Notes: generated by a model from the sequence alone, not told the origin. A stretch of DNA of 64,000 bases from Candidatus Eiseniibacteriota bacterium (GCA_041483195.1 JBGPFC010000004.1:1-64000); one strand, 5' to 3'. Counted from the first letter of the stretch, positions 29,879 through 38,118 are shown. Translations and numbers: made by a program.

Positions 29879-31786
29879 GTGCCCTTGAACTTGAAGGTCT
29901 ACGACAACGGCGATCACACGTGTCTGGTGTGGCTCCCCACCGACGGCAAGCCGATCCCGGCGTGCCGCGGCTTCGCGGTTCGTCGCGTGCTGAACGGCAA
30001 GGAGGGCTACCTGCACGGATTCGTCGGCTTCTCCGATGCCGACACGCTGGACCCTGCCGCCCTGTGGAAGTTTCCGCTGCAGCGGTACATGTGGTGGGAC
30101 TACGGCGTCTCGCCCGGTGACGTGGTGCGGTATTCGGTGGTGCCGGTGGTCGGGCCCGACGCCAAGCACCTGCAACTCTCGGCCGCGGCCGCCAGCGCGT
30201 TGACGGAGCCGATGACCGTATCCGGTCAGACCACGCCCCACGTGGCCGCGTATTTCAACAAGGGCATCGTCGCGGCGCAGTGGGTGTCGCGCGCGCTGGC
30301 CAAGGTCCCGAAGAACGCCAAGCTGGCGGATCTGATCGGCACCCCCGGCAATTCGTTGCGAGGTGCGTTGAGCGGACTCCTGCGGCCGCAGCTGTTGGGC
30401 CTGCTGAAGGACGCCAAGAACAACGGCGGCGAGGTGTATGCCGCGCTCTACGAGCTCAATGACCCGGAGCTGATCGCCGGGCTCACCGCGCTCGGCAAGA
30501 AGTGCCACCTGCTGCTGGCCAACGGCGCGTTCAAGCCGCCGGACAACGATGAGAACAAGGAGGTGCGGGCGCAGTTGCGCAACACGGTGGATCTACACGA
30601 CCGCCTCGTCGGCAGCGGCCACTTCGCGCACAACAAGTTCCTCGTCGTCTGCGATGCCGGGGGCAAGCCGCTTCGCGTGCTCTCGGGAAGCACCAACTGG
30701 TCGAAGACCGGACTGTGCACGCAGGCCAACAACGCCGTGATCGTGGAGGACCCGGCACTCGCGGCCGAGTTTCTCAACGAGTGGCGTCTCCTCGAGGCCG
30801 CGGGGAACGACTACCCCGCCTCGCTCGCGGCGGCCAATTCCACGGCCAAGACGTTTCAGGTCGATGGCTGCCGCATCACCCAGTGGTTCACGCCCACCGG
30901 CGCCGCCCAGGATCTGGACTACGCGCGCCAGCTGATCAATGCCGCGGAGGAGGGCGTCCTGTTTCTGTTCTTCAACCCGGGAAAGTTCGTGGCCGCGGAC
31001 CAGCCCGCGAAGTGGACGCTCCTCCAGAACATTCTCGTCCGACACCACGCGGACAGCCCGAATTACAATCCAGGGCTGTACGTGCGCGGCGTCGTCAATC
31101 AGGAGATCGCCAACCTCACGAGCCCTGGGACCGGGCCCGCGAGCGGAGCAGCGGCCCATCTTGCCCACGATCCATCGGCTCTCAACAACCCGGTCACGCT
31201 CTTCAGCGGCGGCAATCAGCCGCCGCAGCGCCTCACCCGCGAGTCGATGGTTCCCAAGAACATCAAGACGACCTTCCACAACTGGGCCACCGAGATCCTG
31301 GGGAGCGGAGTCCACATTCACAGCAAGGTCATCGTGCTCGATCCGTTTGGCGACAAGCCGGTGGTCATGACCGGGTCGCACAACCTCGGATACAAGGCTT
31401 CGACCAAGAACGACGACAACCTGATGATCGTCGAAGGGAACGCGCCGCTGGCCGCGGCGTTCGCGGCCAACATCATCGCGATCTACCAGACCTACCGCTG
31501 GAACGCCTACGTCGAGGCGCACCGGCAGGACCCTCACGTCTGGCATGGCCTCGTCGACAACGACTCGTGGCAGGAGAGTTACCTGACGGGCGATGACCTC
31601 GCCGAACTCCAGTTCTGGCTCGGGGCGCGCTCGGCCGGCTCGGGCAAGGCTGGCGGCGCTTCGGCGCCCGCTCACAAGAAACCGCCGGCGAAAAGGAAGG
31701 CGCCGGCGAAGAAGAAGACCCCGGCGAAGTCACGCTCCGGCTCGGCGCGGCCCCGCACCAAGGCGCGAGCGAGGAAGAAGAAGTAG
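29879..31786 (+). CDS. Phospholipase D superfamily protein
   Basis: Two HKD motifs (HNKFLVVCD...SGSTNWS; HSKVIVLD...TGSHN) and a Lys/Ala-rich C-terminal tail. Confidence 0.85.
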   Translation: MPLNLKVYDNGDHTCLVWLPTDGKPIPACRGFAVRRVLNGKEGYLHGFVGFSDADTLDPAALWKFPLQRYMWWDYGVSPGDVVRYSVVPVVGPDAKHLQLSAAAASALTEPMTVSGQTTPHVAAYFNKGIVAAQWVSRALAKVPKNAKLADLIGTPGNSLRGALSGLLRPQLLGLLKDAKNNGGEVYAALYELNDPELIAGLTALGKKCHLLLANGAFKPPDNDENKEVRAQLRNTVDLHDRLVGSGHFAHNKFLVVCDAGGKPLRVLSGSTNWSKTGLCTQANNAVIVEDPALAAEFLNEWRLLEAAGNDYPASLAAANSTAKTFQVDGCRITQWFTPTGAAQDLDYARQLINAAEEGVLFLFFNPGKFVAADQPAKWTLLQNILVRHHADSPNYNPGLYVRGVVNQEIANLTSPGTGPASGAAAHLAHDPSALNNPVTLFSGGNQPPQRLTRESMVPKNIKTTFHNWATEILGSGVHIHSKVIVLDPFGDKPVVMTGSHNLGYKASTKNDDNLMIVEGNAPLAAAFAANIIAIYQTYRWNAYVEAHRQDPHVWHGLVDNDSWQESYLTGDDLAELQFWLGARSAGSGKAGGASAPAHKKPPAKRKAPAKKKTPAKSRSGSARPRTKARARKKK

Positions 31787-31815
31787 ACGCTTCAGCAATC
31801 CGCTGGCCCGAACGA

Positions 31816-32517
31816 TCAAGAAGCTGGGGCGATCACTGTCCGCTCCCTCGCGCCCATGACCAGGAGCCACAGCATGAACACGATCTCTCCGAATCGGGCC
31901 GGGGAGCCGATGCGAAAGACCAGATCCTGGTACTGCGGCAGCAGGAGGCTCGTGAAGCTCAGGGCGAGATAACAGGGGCCGCCGATGATCAGCCAGATAC
32001 CGAGGAATCGGGGAAGGAATCGCGACCGGTACACGAGGATCCCCAGCGGGAACAGCCATAGTCCCCAGAAGATCTCAGCGGCGACGACTTCCCGGTCGTG
32101 CAGGCGCAGGAACAGCATGGCCAGGGCCTCCCGCTGAGGTTTGTCGAAGACAGACAGGAAGTCGCCGCCGCGCACGAGCATCTCGGCGGCAAAGTCGTTC
32201 AGCACGTTGAAGAAGTAGATGGCGGCCGGCATCACGCCCCCCAGGACCACCACCAGCATCGCGAGGTTCTGATCCACCCCCTTGAACAACCGATAGAGCG
32301 CCAGCGCGACGAAGATCAGAAGGGTTCCGCCGATCAAGTCGCTGACGATGCCGAGGTGGAAGAGCGAAGCGTGCGCGGAGATGTTGCTGGCCGTCGCGGC
32401 CGCGTTGCCGGTCACGATCATGGTGTTGGGGATGTAGATGAGGCGGAGCGGACCGGCGAGCACGATCCCGAGATACAGGAGCCCCGCGACTCTGGCGTTC
32501 TTGCTGGTCGAAGTCAT
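31816..32517 (-). CDS. DUF4386 family membrane protein
   Basis: ARVAGLLY, GNAAATASNI and FWGLWLFPLGILVYRSRFLPRFLG. Confidence 0.85.
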   Translation of the reverse strand: MTSTSKNARVAGLLYLGIVLAGPLRLIYIPNTMIVTGNAAATASNISAHASLFHLGIVSDLIGGTLLIFVALALYRLFKGVDQNLAMLVVVLGGVMPAAIYFFNVLNDFAAEMLVRGGDFLSVFDKPQREALAMLFLRLHDREVVAAEIFWGLWLFPLGILVYRSRFLPRFLGIWLIIGGPCYLALSFTSLLLPQYQDLVFRIGSPARFGEIVFMLWLLVMGARERTVIAPAS

Positions 32518-32681
32518 GCGCTTCCTTCCGTGGGGGGTAGGGGCCGGAGTACGGCGGAGGGCGTAGGAAGTTCCGGCTCCCTCGAGAGCGTGAGGGTTGA
32601 GCGGGTCCGCCCATCACGGTAAGGTGACGCGCCCTCCGTTCGGAAGCGCGCGCTCACCAGGCCGTTGGTGGAGTCCGAGGA

Positions 32682-35105
32682 ATGAAGCTGCGTCGCGGCG
32701 TGGCCGTGCTGGCCCTGCTGCTGATTCACCCGCGCGTTCTCCATGCGCAACCGCCCACCGAGGGCGTGGTCACTGGCATCGTGACCGACGCGTCGACCCG
32801 CGCCCCGCTGGAAAACGCCAACTTGCTGCTGCGCAGCCGGGCCGATTCCAGCCGCGTCTTCGCGACCACGACCCTCAAGGATGGCGCGTTCCTCTTCCCC
32901 CACGTTCCGCCCGGCGCCTACGTCGTGGAATGCAGCCTCATCGGGCATACCAGCTTCCGCTCGCCGGAGTTCGTGCTCGGCGCGGCGAGCCCACGCATGG
33001 ATCTTCGGACCATCTCCCTGAAACCATCGGCACTGCTGCTCGACGAGGTCGTGATCACTTCGGAGAGGAGTCTCTTCAACAACAGCATCGACCGCCGCGT
33101 GTACAACGTCGATCACGACCTGATGGCCAAGTCCAGCTCGGTAAGCGATCTCCTGCAGAACATCCCATCGGTCCAGGTGGACGTCGATGGCGGCGTTAGC
33201 CTGCGCGGCTCGCCCGACGTGATGATCCTGATCAACGGCAAGAAGTCGCCGCTGATGGGCAAGAGCCGGGCGGACGTGCTGCAGCAGCTCCCGGCCGCCA
33301 CCATCGAGAAGATCGAGGTGATCACGAACCCCTCGGCCCGATTCACGCCAGAGGGCACGTCGGGCATCATTAACATCGTCACCAGGAAGGGCGCCGGATC
33401 CGGGGTCAACGGCGACGTGACGGGGCACGTGGGCACGGCGAGCCGAAGCAACGAGAACCTCTCGCTCGGATACAGGCCGGGCAAGCTCGAGCTGTTCGTG
33501 AACTACAGCCACCGCGACGACCGAAGAAAGCGCATCGGCACGGACGCGCGGAGCCAGATTGCCTCGGGCTCGACGCACAATTCCCTCGAAGACAATCAGA
33601 TCGCGATGCGCCCGCGCGTGCACCTCGGAACTCTGGGCTTGAGCTACCACCCGGATCCGAAGAACACCCTGGAGCTTTCGTCGGAGTACTTCGACCGCCG
33701 GCCCTCGCGCGAGGGGCTCTCCACGATCGTCTCGCAGGGCACTGGCGGCGCGATCCTCTCGGACTACGACCGGCGGCAGTCGGGCTACGAGTCGGAGCAA
33801 GAGACGGGCGGCACCGCCGCATTCGAGCACGACTTTCCGAAGGAGGACCACAATCTGCGGGTCGAGGCCAACGTCTCCGACGTCCCGCAGACGGAGCTGG
33901 CGAACTTCGTCGAGCACTGGCGCACGCCCGCGAAGCCCGATCCCGCGAGCACCATTCTGCTCCGACAGACGGAGCGCCAGGGGCACGTCACGCTCGATTA
34001 CGCCGACCCGGTGGACGAGCAGTCGAAGCTCGAGGCGGGTTACGCGCTGGAAGTGCACCGACAGGACATCCGCTCCGACGCCGAGTCGCTCGACGTGATC
34101 CAGCAGGCGTTCCGACAGGACCTCTCGAAGACGTATCGGTTCAAGCTGGATCAGGCGATCCATGCGGTGTACGGCACCTACGAGCGCTCGCTCGGCAAGT
34201 TCAGCGTGCTCGGAGGGCTGCGGGCGGAGTACGCAAGCGTGAGGTCCGACCTCGTCACCGGCGGGTCGCCGTTCGACGATAAGTACTCCGGGCTCTATCC
34301 GACGCTGCACATGGCCTACCAGGCAAGCGAGCGCGGCCAGGTGCAGCTCAACTACAGCCGCCGGATCCGGAGGCCGGAGAGCGACGACCTCAATCCGTTC
34401 CCGGAATACACGGACCCGTACAACATCGATTCCGGCAACCCGCGGCTCAAGCCCGAATCGATCCACTCGTACGAGCTCGGCTACCGGCTGCGGGGCGAGC
34501 ATTTCTCCTTGGCCCCCACGATCTACTACCGCGACCGGCGCGATGGATTCACGCGGGTGACGCAGGCGATCAACGACTCCACGTTCCTCCGGACCATGGC
34601 GAATCTCGCGAGCGATCGATCCGCGGGGCTCGAGCCGGTGGTGACGATGTCGGTGGGGCGGGCGCTGCAGGCGAACCTGAACGGGAACGTGTTCTACGAC
34701 CAGATCGACGCGTCGAACATCGGGTACGCCGGCAAGAAGTCGGTGGTCTCGTGGAGCGGGACGTTCAACGCGACCGTCACCCCGTGGACCGCGACCGCGT
34801 TCGAGCTGAACTCCAACTACCGCTCGGCCCGGCTCACCCCGCAGGGAGACTCGCGCCCGAGCTTCGGCCTGAACGTGGGGGCGAGACAGAATCTGTTTCG
34901 CGATCGAGTCTCAGTGACCGTTGCCGTCTCGGACCTGCTCAAGACCCAGAGGCAGGAGACGCGGCTGGATGTCTCCGGGATCCAGCAGCGGGTGACGAAT
35001 AAACGGGATGCGCAGATCGTGTACGCGGGCGTTACCTATCACTACGGGCGGCCGGCGAAGGACGAGAAGAAGGAGAAGGGGCTGCAGTGGGAGGACGCGC
35101 CGTAG
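32682..35105 (+). CDS. TonB-dependent receptor-like outer-membrane beta-barrel
   Basis: Signal peptide, carboxypeptidase-regulatory-like domain, plug (DLLQNIPSV...IEKIEVITNPSARF...GIINIV), NYSRRIRRP and GNPRLKPE. Confidence 0.88.
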   Translation: MKLRRGVAVLALLLIHPRVLHAQPPTEGVVTGIVTDASTRAPLENANLLLRSRADSSRVFATTTLKDGAFLFPHVPPGAYVVECSLIGHTSFRSPEFVLGAASPRMDLRTISLKPSALLLDEVVITSERSLFNNSIDRRVYNVDHDLMAKSSSVSDLLQNIPSVQVDVDGGVSLRGSPDVMILINGKKSPLMGKSRADVLQQLPAATIEKIEVITNPSARFTPEGTSGIINIVTRKGAGSGVNGDVTGHVGTASRSNENLSLGYRPGKLELFVNYSHRDDRRKRIGTDARSQIASGSTHNSLEDNQIAMRPRVHLGTLGLSYHPDPKNTLELSSEYFDRRPSREGLSTIVSQGTGGAILSDYDRRQSGYESEQETGGTAAFEHDFPKEDHNLRVEANVSDVPQTELANFVEHWRTPAKPDPASTILLRQTERQGHVTLDYADPVDEQSKLEAGYALEVHRQDIRSDAESLDVIQQAFRQDLSKTYRFKLDQAIHAVYGTYERSLGKFSVLGGLRAEYASVRSDLVTGGSPFDDKYSGLYPTLHMAYQASERGQVQLNYSRRIRRPESDDLNPFPEYTDPYNIDSGNPRLKPESIHSYELGYRLRGEHFSLAPTIYYRDRRDGFTRVTQAINDSTFLRTMANLASDRSAGLEPVVTMSVGRALQANLNGNVFYDQIDASNIGYAGKKSVVSWSGTFNATVTPWTATAFELNSNYRSARLTPQGDSRPSFGLNVGARQNLFRDRVSVTVAVSDLLKTQRQETRLDVSGIQQRVTNKRDAQIVYAGVTYHYGRPAKDEKKEKGLQWEDAP

Positions 35106-35128
35106 GGGGGTGAGTGCGGGCGCGGCGC

Positions 35129-35328
35129 GTGATCGAGAACGTCGCTGCGGTGCTGGAGGCGGGCTGCATCGCTGTTGTGACGCTTCCAAAGGAGTTCTCG
35201 CTGCCGTTCGTGAAGGCGGCGTTCAAGTGCGGGCTGACGGGTAAGGCGCGCGATCCGGTGTTTGAGGATCGCCCCGCCTCGCATTCTGGAGGGCGATGAA
35301 ACTCTTCGAGGGCGTGGGGCTGGAGCGG
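35129..35328 (+). pseudogene. Degenerate copy of methyltransferase segment 24167-24367
   Basis: 22 mismatches in the first 142 nt (counted by eye), then a 1-nt deletion; no start and no 3' end. Confidence 0.85.
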
Positions 35329-35397
35329 TATTGCTCGCGATGCCTTGGGTCTCGATTATCAAGGCCACGGATGCGTCCAGAGCGTTGCAGACGCCAT

Positions 35398-36039
35398 TCA
35401 CTCTGGTTTCTTCGCCCCACGGGCAGCTGAATCGCGCACTCCCGGCGCAAGACCGCGCACAAGTCCACGAGCGCTGTCAGGACTTGAGCGGAGAACCGCC
35501 GCCGTCTCCAATGAGGGCGCTTGCCGTGGGATCACCGCTGTGTCCATCGCACCGACAAAGTCGCGCTCGATCGTAGGAGCAAGCCGCGGGACCGCGTAGT
35601 TGGCGCCCATGCTCGCGAGCACACCGAGGCCAAACACCACAGCGCCCCGAAGAAACTGACGCCACCGTGTCTTGTGTCGGACAAAGAATGGCATGGACCT
35701 GACTACCCACTCCCCCAGGGCAAATCCCAAGAGCACGCTTACAAACCCGAGCATCCAGGTGCCCGAGGCACGATAGGCCACAAGCATCCAGTAGAAGCTC
35801 AGGGTCGCCATCGTCGAAGCGAAGACCCATTTGAACGCCAGCAGCTTCGCACTATCCCGTCCTGGTGGCGGAAACGTCTCGAATGTCTCCTGCATGAGTA
35901 AGAGCGCCAGCAGGATGAAACAGCTCTCGAGCCACGCCGCTGACTTTCCCCGCCCGAGGCCCCGACTGAAGACCGCGGCTGCAATCGTGAAACTCGTCAC
36001 CGTGACAAGGGCCGAGTTGTTCCTGACCCACTCCCGCAA
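35398..36039 (-). CDS. Hypothetical multi-pass membrane protein downstream of the RT
   Basis: About five hydrophobic helices; lower GC; no recognised family. Confidence 0.55.
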   Translation of the reverse strand: MREWVRNNSALVTVTSFTIAAAVFSRGLGRGKSAAWLESCFILLALLLMQETFETFPPPGRDSAKLLAFKWVFASTMATLSFYWMLVAYRASGTWMLGFVSVLLGFALGEWVVRSMPFFVRHKTRWRQFLRGAVVFGLGVLASMGANYAVPRLAPTIERDFVGAMDTAVIPRQAPSLETAAVLRSSPDSARGLVRGLAPGVRDSAARGAKKPE

Positions 36040-36094
36040 TTCATGGCGAATGGGCAGAACCTGATCGGGGTCGACGATCAGGGGGCTCTCCTCG

Positions 36095-36170
36095 GAGCCT
36101 GTCCTGATTTCTGTGCAAGCCCCTTCCCGGTCACGCGGTCAGGCGCTTACACAAAATCAGGTACAGGCTC
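36095..36170. repeat. 76-bp element with 26-bp imperfect inverted arms
   Basis: GAGCCTGT-CCTGATTTCTGTGCAAGC versus the reverse complement of the right arm GAGCCTGTACCTGATTT-TGTGTAAGC. Confidence 0.7.
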
Positions 36171-36317
36171 GGCGATTTTCCGACACCCTTGGAGATTGGA
36201 GCTTTCACTACGCTGGCTCCCCGTGATGCCCCTGTGCCGCGACGCCCGCTCCGCCAGTTCGCCGAACCAAGAGGTTGCTCCGAGTTGTATGTTCCTCGAA
36301 GGCAAAATGCCGTCCGC

Positions 36318-37685
36318 CTAGAGTTCGCGCCGCAGCCGCTCCTCCGCGGCGCGGATTTCTCGGTTCAAACGCACCCAGAGCGCGCCGACCTGCTTCCGCA
36401 ACGGCATGCTTTCCGCCGCCAAGGCTGCGTCGCGTCCGTAGTGGATGAAGTTCCGATTCCGGGCGCGCTTCGGGTCTTGCGGTCCAAAAGTTCTGGCACT
36501 TCGACCCATGAACGAGAACTTCCGATACAACTTCCGCCGAAAGATCCTATCAATACGATTCCGCCGAGCCGCTGACTCTGCCGACCGAACACCATGCACC
36601 ATCTTCGCGATGAATCCCGCGACTGTTGCTTGCCTCAGCCGAATCGCATTCCCATCCCAGGCAAGGCCAAGGTACTGCAGAGAAACCGGCGACTTGTCCA
36701 GCACTTGCCCCTCTGTCGAGAGCCCAAGACCCGTCTGCCGACCAGCCGTTGATCGGAACGCCACCCGAATCGTCTTGGATTCCTGCACCGTAAGCTTAAC
36801 GCCTTCGACTGCCGAGATGACTGTAGCTTCGGCTTGTCTTGCGTATCCCGGCGGGCAGACCACCAGGATATCGTCGCTGTAGCGTCGATAGCTCGCCCCG
36901 AATTCGCCCAACTGTTCATGCAACGACTCGTCCCCTGCCAACATGTAGAGGTTCGCCAACACCGCGCTAATGGGCGAACCCTGAGGGATGCCGGCCGCCG
37001 AGCGGTTGCATTGAACGTGTGGGCGCAGCATGCTCCTGAACTCCTCAGGGCTGCATACGCGGGCGCCGGCGCGGCCTCGCCGGCGCGGAACGTCCCGACC
37101 CAGGAGATTGCGCACGCTTCCCCGATCGATCCAGCTGTACCGGGTGATTGCCCTGTAGATCGCGAAATGGTCTCTTGGGAGCGTTCGCCCCGTCCCCAAT
37201 ATGCCCAGCCAACGCGCTTTCAGAACACCGTGGTCAAGACTACCGAAGAAATCCTTGAGGTCGAGCGCGATCACATCGCAGTCGCCCGCATGTGCAATCT
37301 CTCGAAATGCGGCAACTGCAAAATCTACGTTGTTCCTCGGTGGACTCAGTTGACGATACGCAAGAACCGAAGCGCCAAAAGGACGCCGATAGTGCTGATC
37401 GAGCATCGTGGTGAGGTCAGAGGCGTACTTCGAGTAAATGTGGCTATCCATGTGGGCCGCAGAGCAGAGCTCACGCTGCTTGGGCTGACCCCGATGGCGC
37501 TTTTTCGTGTCAGGGTCCCGGACATAGCGTGGGGTAGTCTTCGTGAAGCGAAGAAATGGCCAGAACGCGTGTCTGGCGACACATTCGGGATCGACGCAAT
37601 AGGCGATGGCGCGGTCCGGGGCGACCGGCCGGTCGAAATGCGCGTATCCGCGCTGGCGGAACAACGGATGTCTCTCGGCGCTCAC
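36318..37685 (-). CDS. Antiviral reverse transcriptase, DRT2/UG2-like
   Basis: RGYAHFD, HAFWPFL, AHMDSHIY, VLAYR, NVDFA, ALDLKDFFGSLDH, LPRDHFAIYRAIT, GIPQGSPISAVLANLYM, YRRYSDD and QYLG. GTG 37685 is preferred because ATG 37727 lies in an ncRNA hairpin loop. Confidence 0.85.
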   Translation of the reverse strand: MSAERHPLFRQRGYAHFDRPVAPDRAIAYCVDPECVARHAFWPFLRFTKTTPRYVRDPDTKKRHRGQPKQRELCSAAHMDSHIYSKYASDLTTMLDQHYRRPFGASVLAYRQLSPPRNNVDFAVAAFREIAHAGDCDVIALDLKDFFGSLDHGVLKARWLGILGTGRTLPRDHFAIYRAITRYSWIDRGSVRNLLGRDVPRRRGRAGARVCSPEEFRSMLRPHVQCNRSAAGIPQGSPISAVLANLYMLAGDESLHEQLGEFGASYRRYSDDILVVCPPGYARQAEATVISAVEGVKLTVQESKTIRVAFRSTAGRQTGLGLSTEGQVLDKSPVSLQYLGLAWDGNAIRLRQATVAGFIAKMVHGVRSAESAARRNRIDRIFRRKLYRKFSFMGRSARTFGPQDPKRARNRNFIHYGRDAALAAESMPLRKQVGALWVRLNREIRAAEERLRREL

Positions 37686-37699
37686 GGATGATTTCCGAT

Positions 37700-37977
37700 G
37701 TAGCGGTGGAGGGCGGATCGACGGCATCCGCAGACGCCCTCCACCTCAAAGTTACCGAAGCACCGTGACGAAGCACTTCGAGTATGTCCACGCCCGTCGT
37801 CCTAGGACAATCGAAAGGAGCGTATGATCGTGATGCTGATCCTGCTCGTCGCGCTGATCGTCTCACCGTGGCCCGACTTCGGGCGGCAGGTGGCCGGCTG
37901 GGCCGGGTCCGCGTTGGTTGCGGCACTCACAGGCGAGTTGCAGCACACCCCTCCGCTTGAGCATCAACCCCAAGCGC
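37700..37977 (-). ncRNA. Predicted DRT2-type template/scaffold ncRNA (about 280 nt)
   Basis: Hairpins at 37954-37959/37971-37976, 37916-37949 and 37785-37789/37805-37809; a multibranch with a cUUCGg loop near 37745-37782; an 11-bp stem at 37705-37715/37735-37745; lies directly 5' of the RT. Ends approximate. Confidence 0.7.
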
Positions 37978-37985
37978 GCAGGTAG
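37824..37985 (+). other. Antisense neo-like ORF (genomic, permuted form; 53 aa)
   Basis: SD AAAGGAG at 37814-37820 and GC3-rich codons encoding MIVMLILLVALIVSPWPDFGRQVAGWAGSALVAALTGELQH... Confidence 0.6.
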
Positions 37986-38013
37986 AGTAAGTCCCGCGTT
38001 GGGCGCCGGTCAA
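37984..38013 (-). promoter_or_regulatory. Predicted sigma70 promoter for the ncRNA-RT transcript
   Basis: TTGACC-N18-TACTCT on the minus strand, just upstream of the first hairpin. Confidence 0.55.
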
Positions 38014-38118
38014 GCACCTGATCAGCTGTTGGAGGCCAGGGACCCGAGCCGGGATTCCCTAGGCTCCATTCCTTAAGAGGGGACACCCCACGAGCTTGGG
38101 CACGTTAGAGCTACCGGT

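Noticed and set aside
24167..37685. Diversity-generating retroelement (RT plus a nearby imperfect repeat pair)
   Set aside because: Mismatches between 24167-24308 and 35129-35270 are not adenine-specific (many are third-position G/C/T changes), and the RT motifs are not DGR-like.
36318..37977. Group II intron or retron
   Set aside because: No maturase X or HNH region, no intron domain V seen, no VTG retron motif, and no a1/a2 inverted repeats enclosing the RNA.
38040..38118. attC site (GCTCTAAC just after the stop of the REase-PIN gene)
   Set aside because: No matching GTTRRRY arm downstream and no integron integrase in the window.
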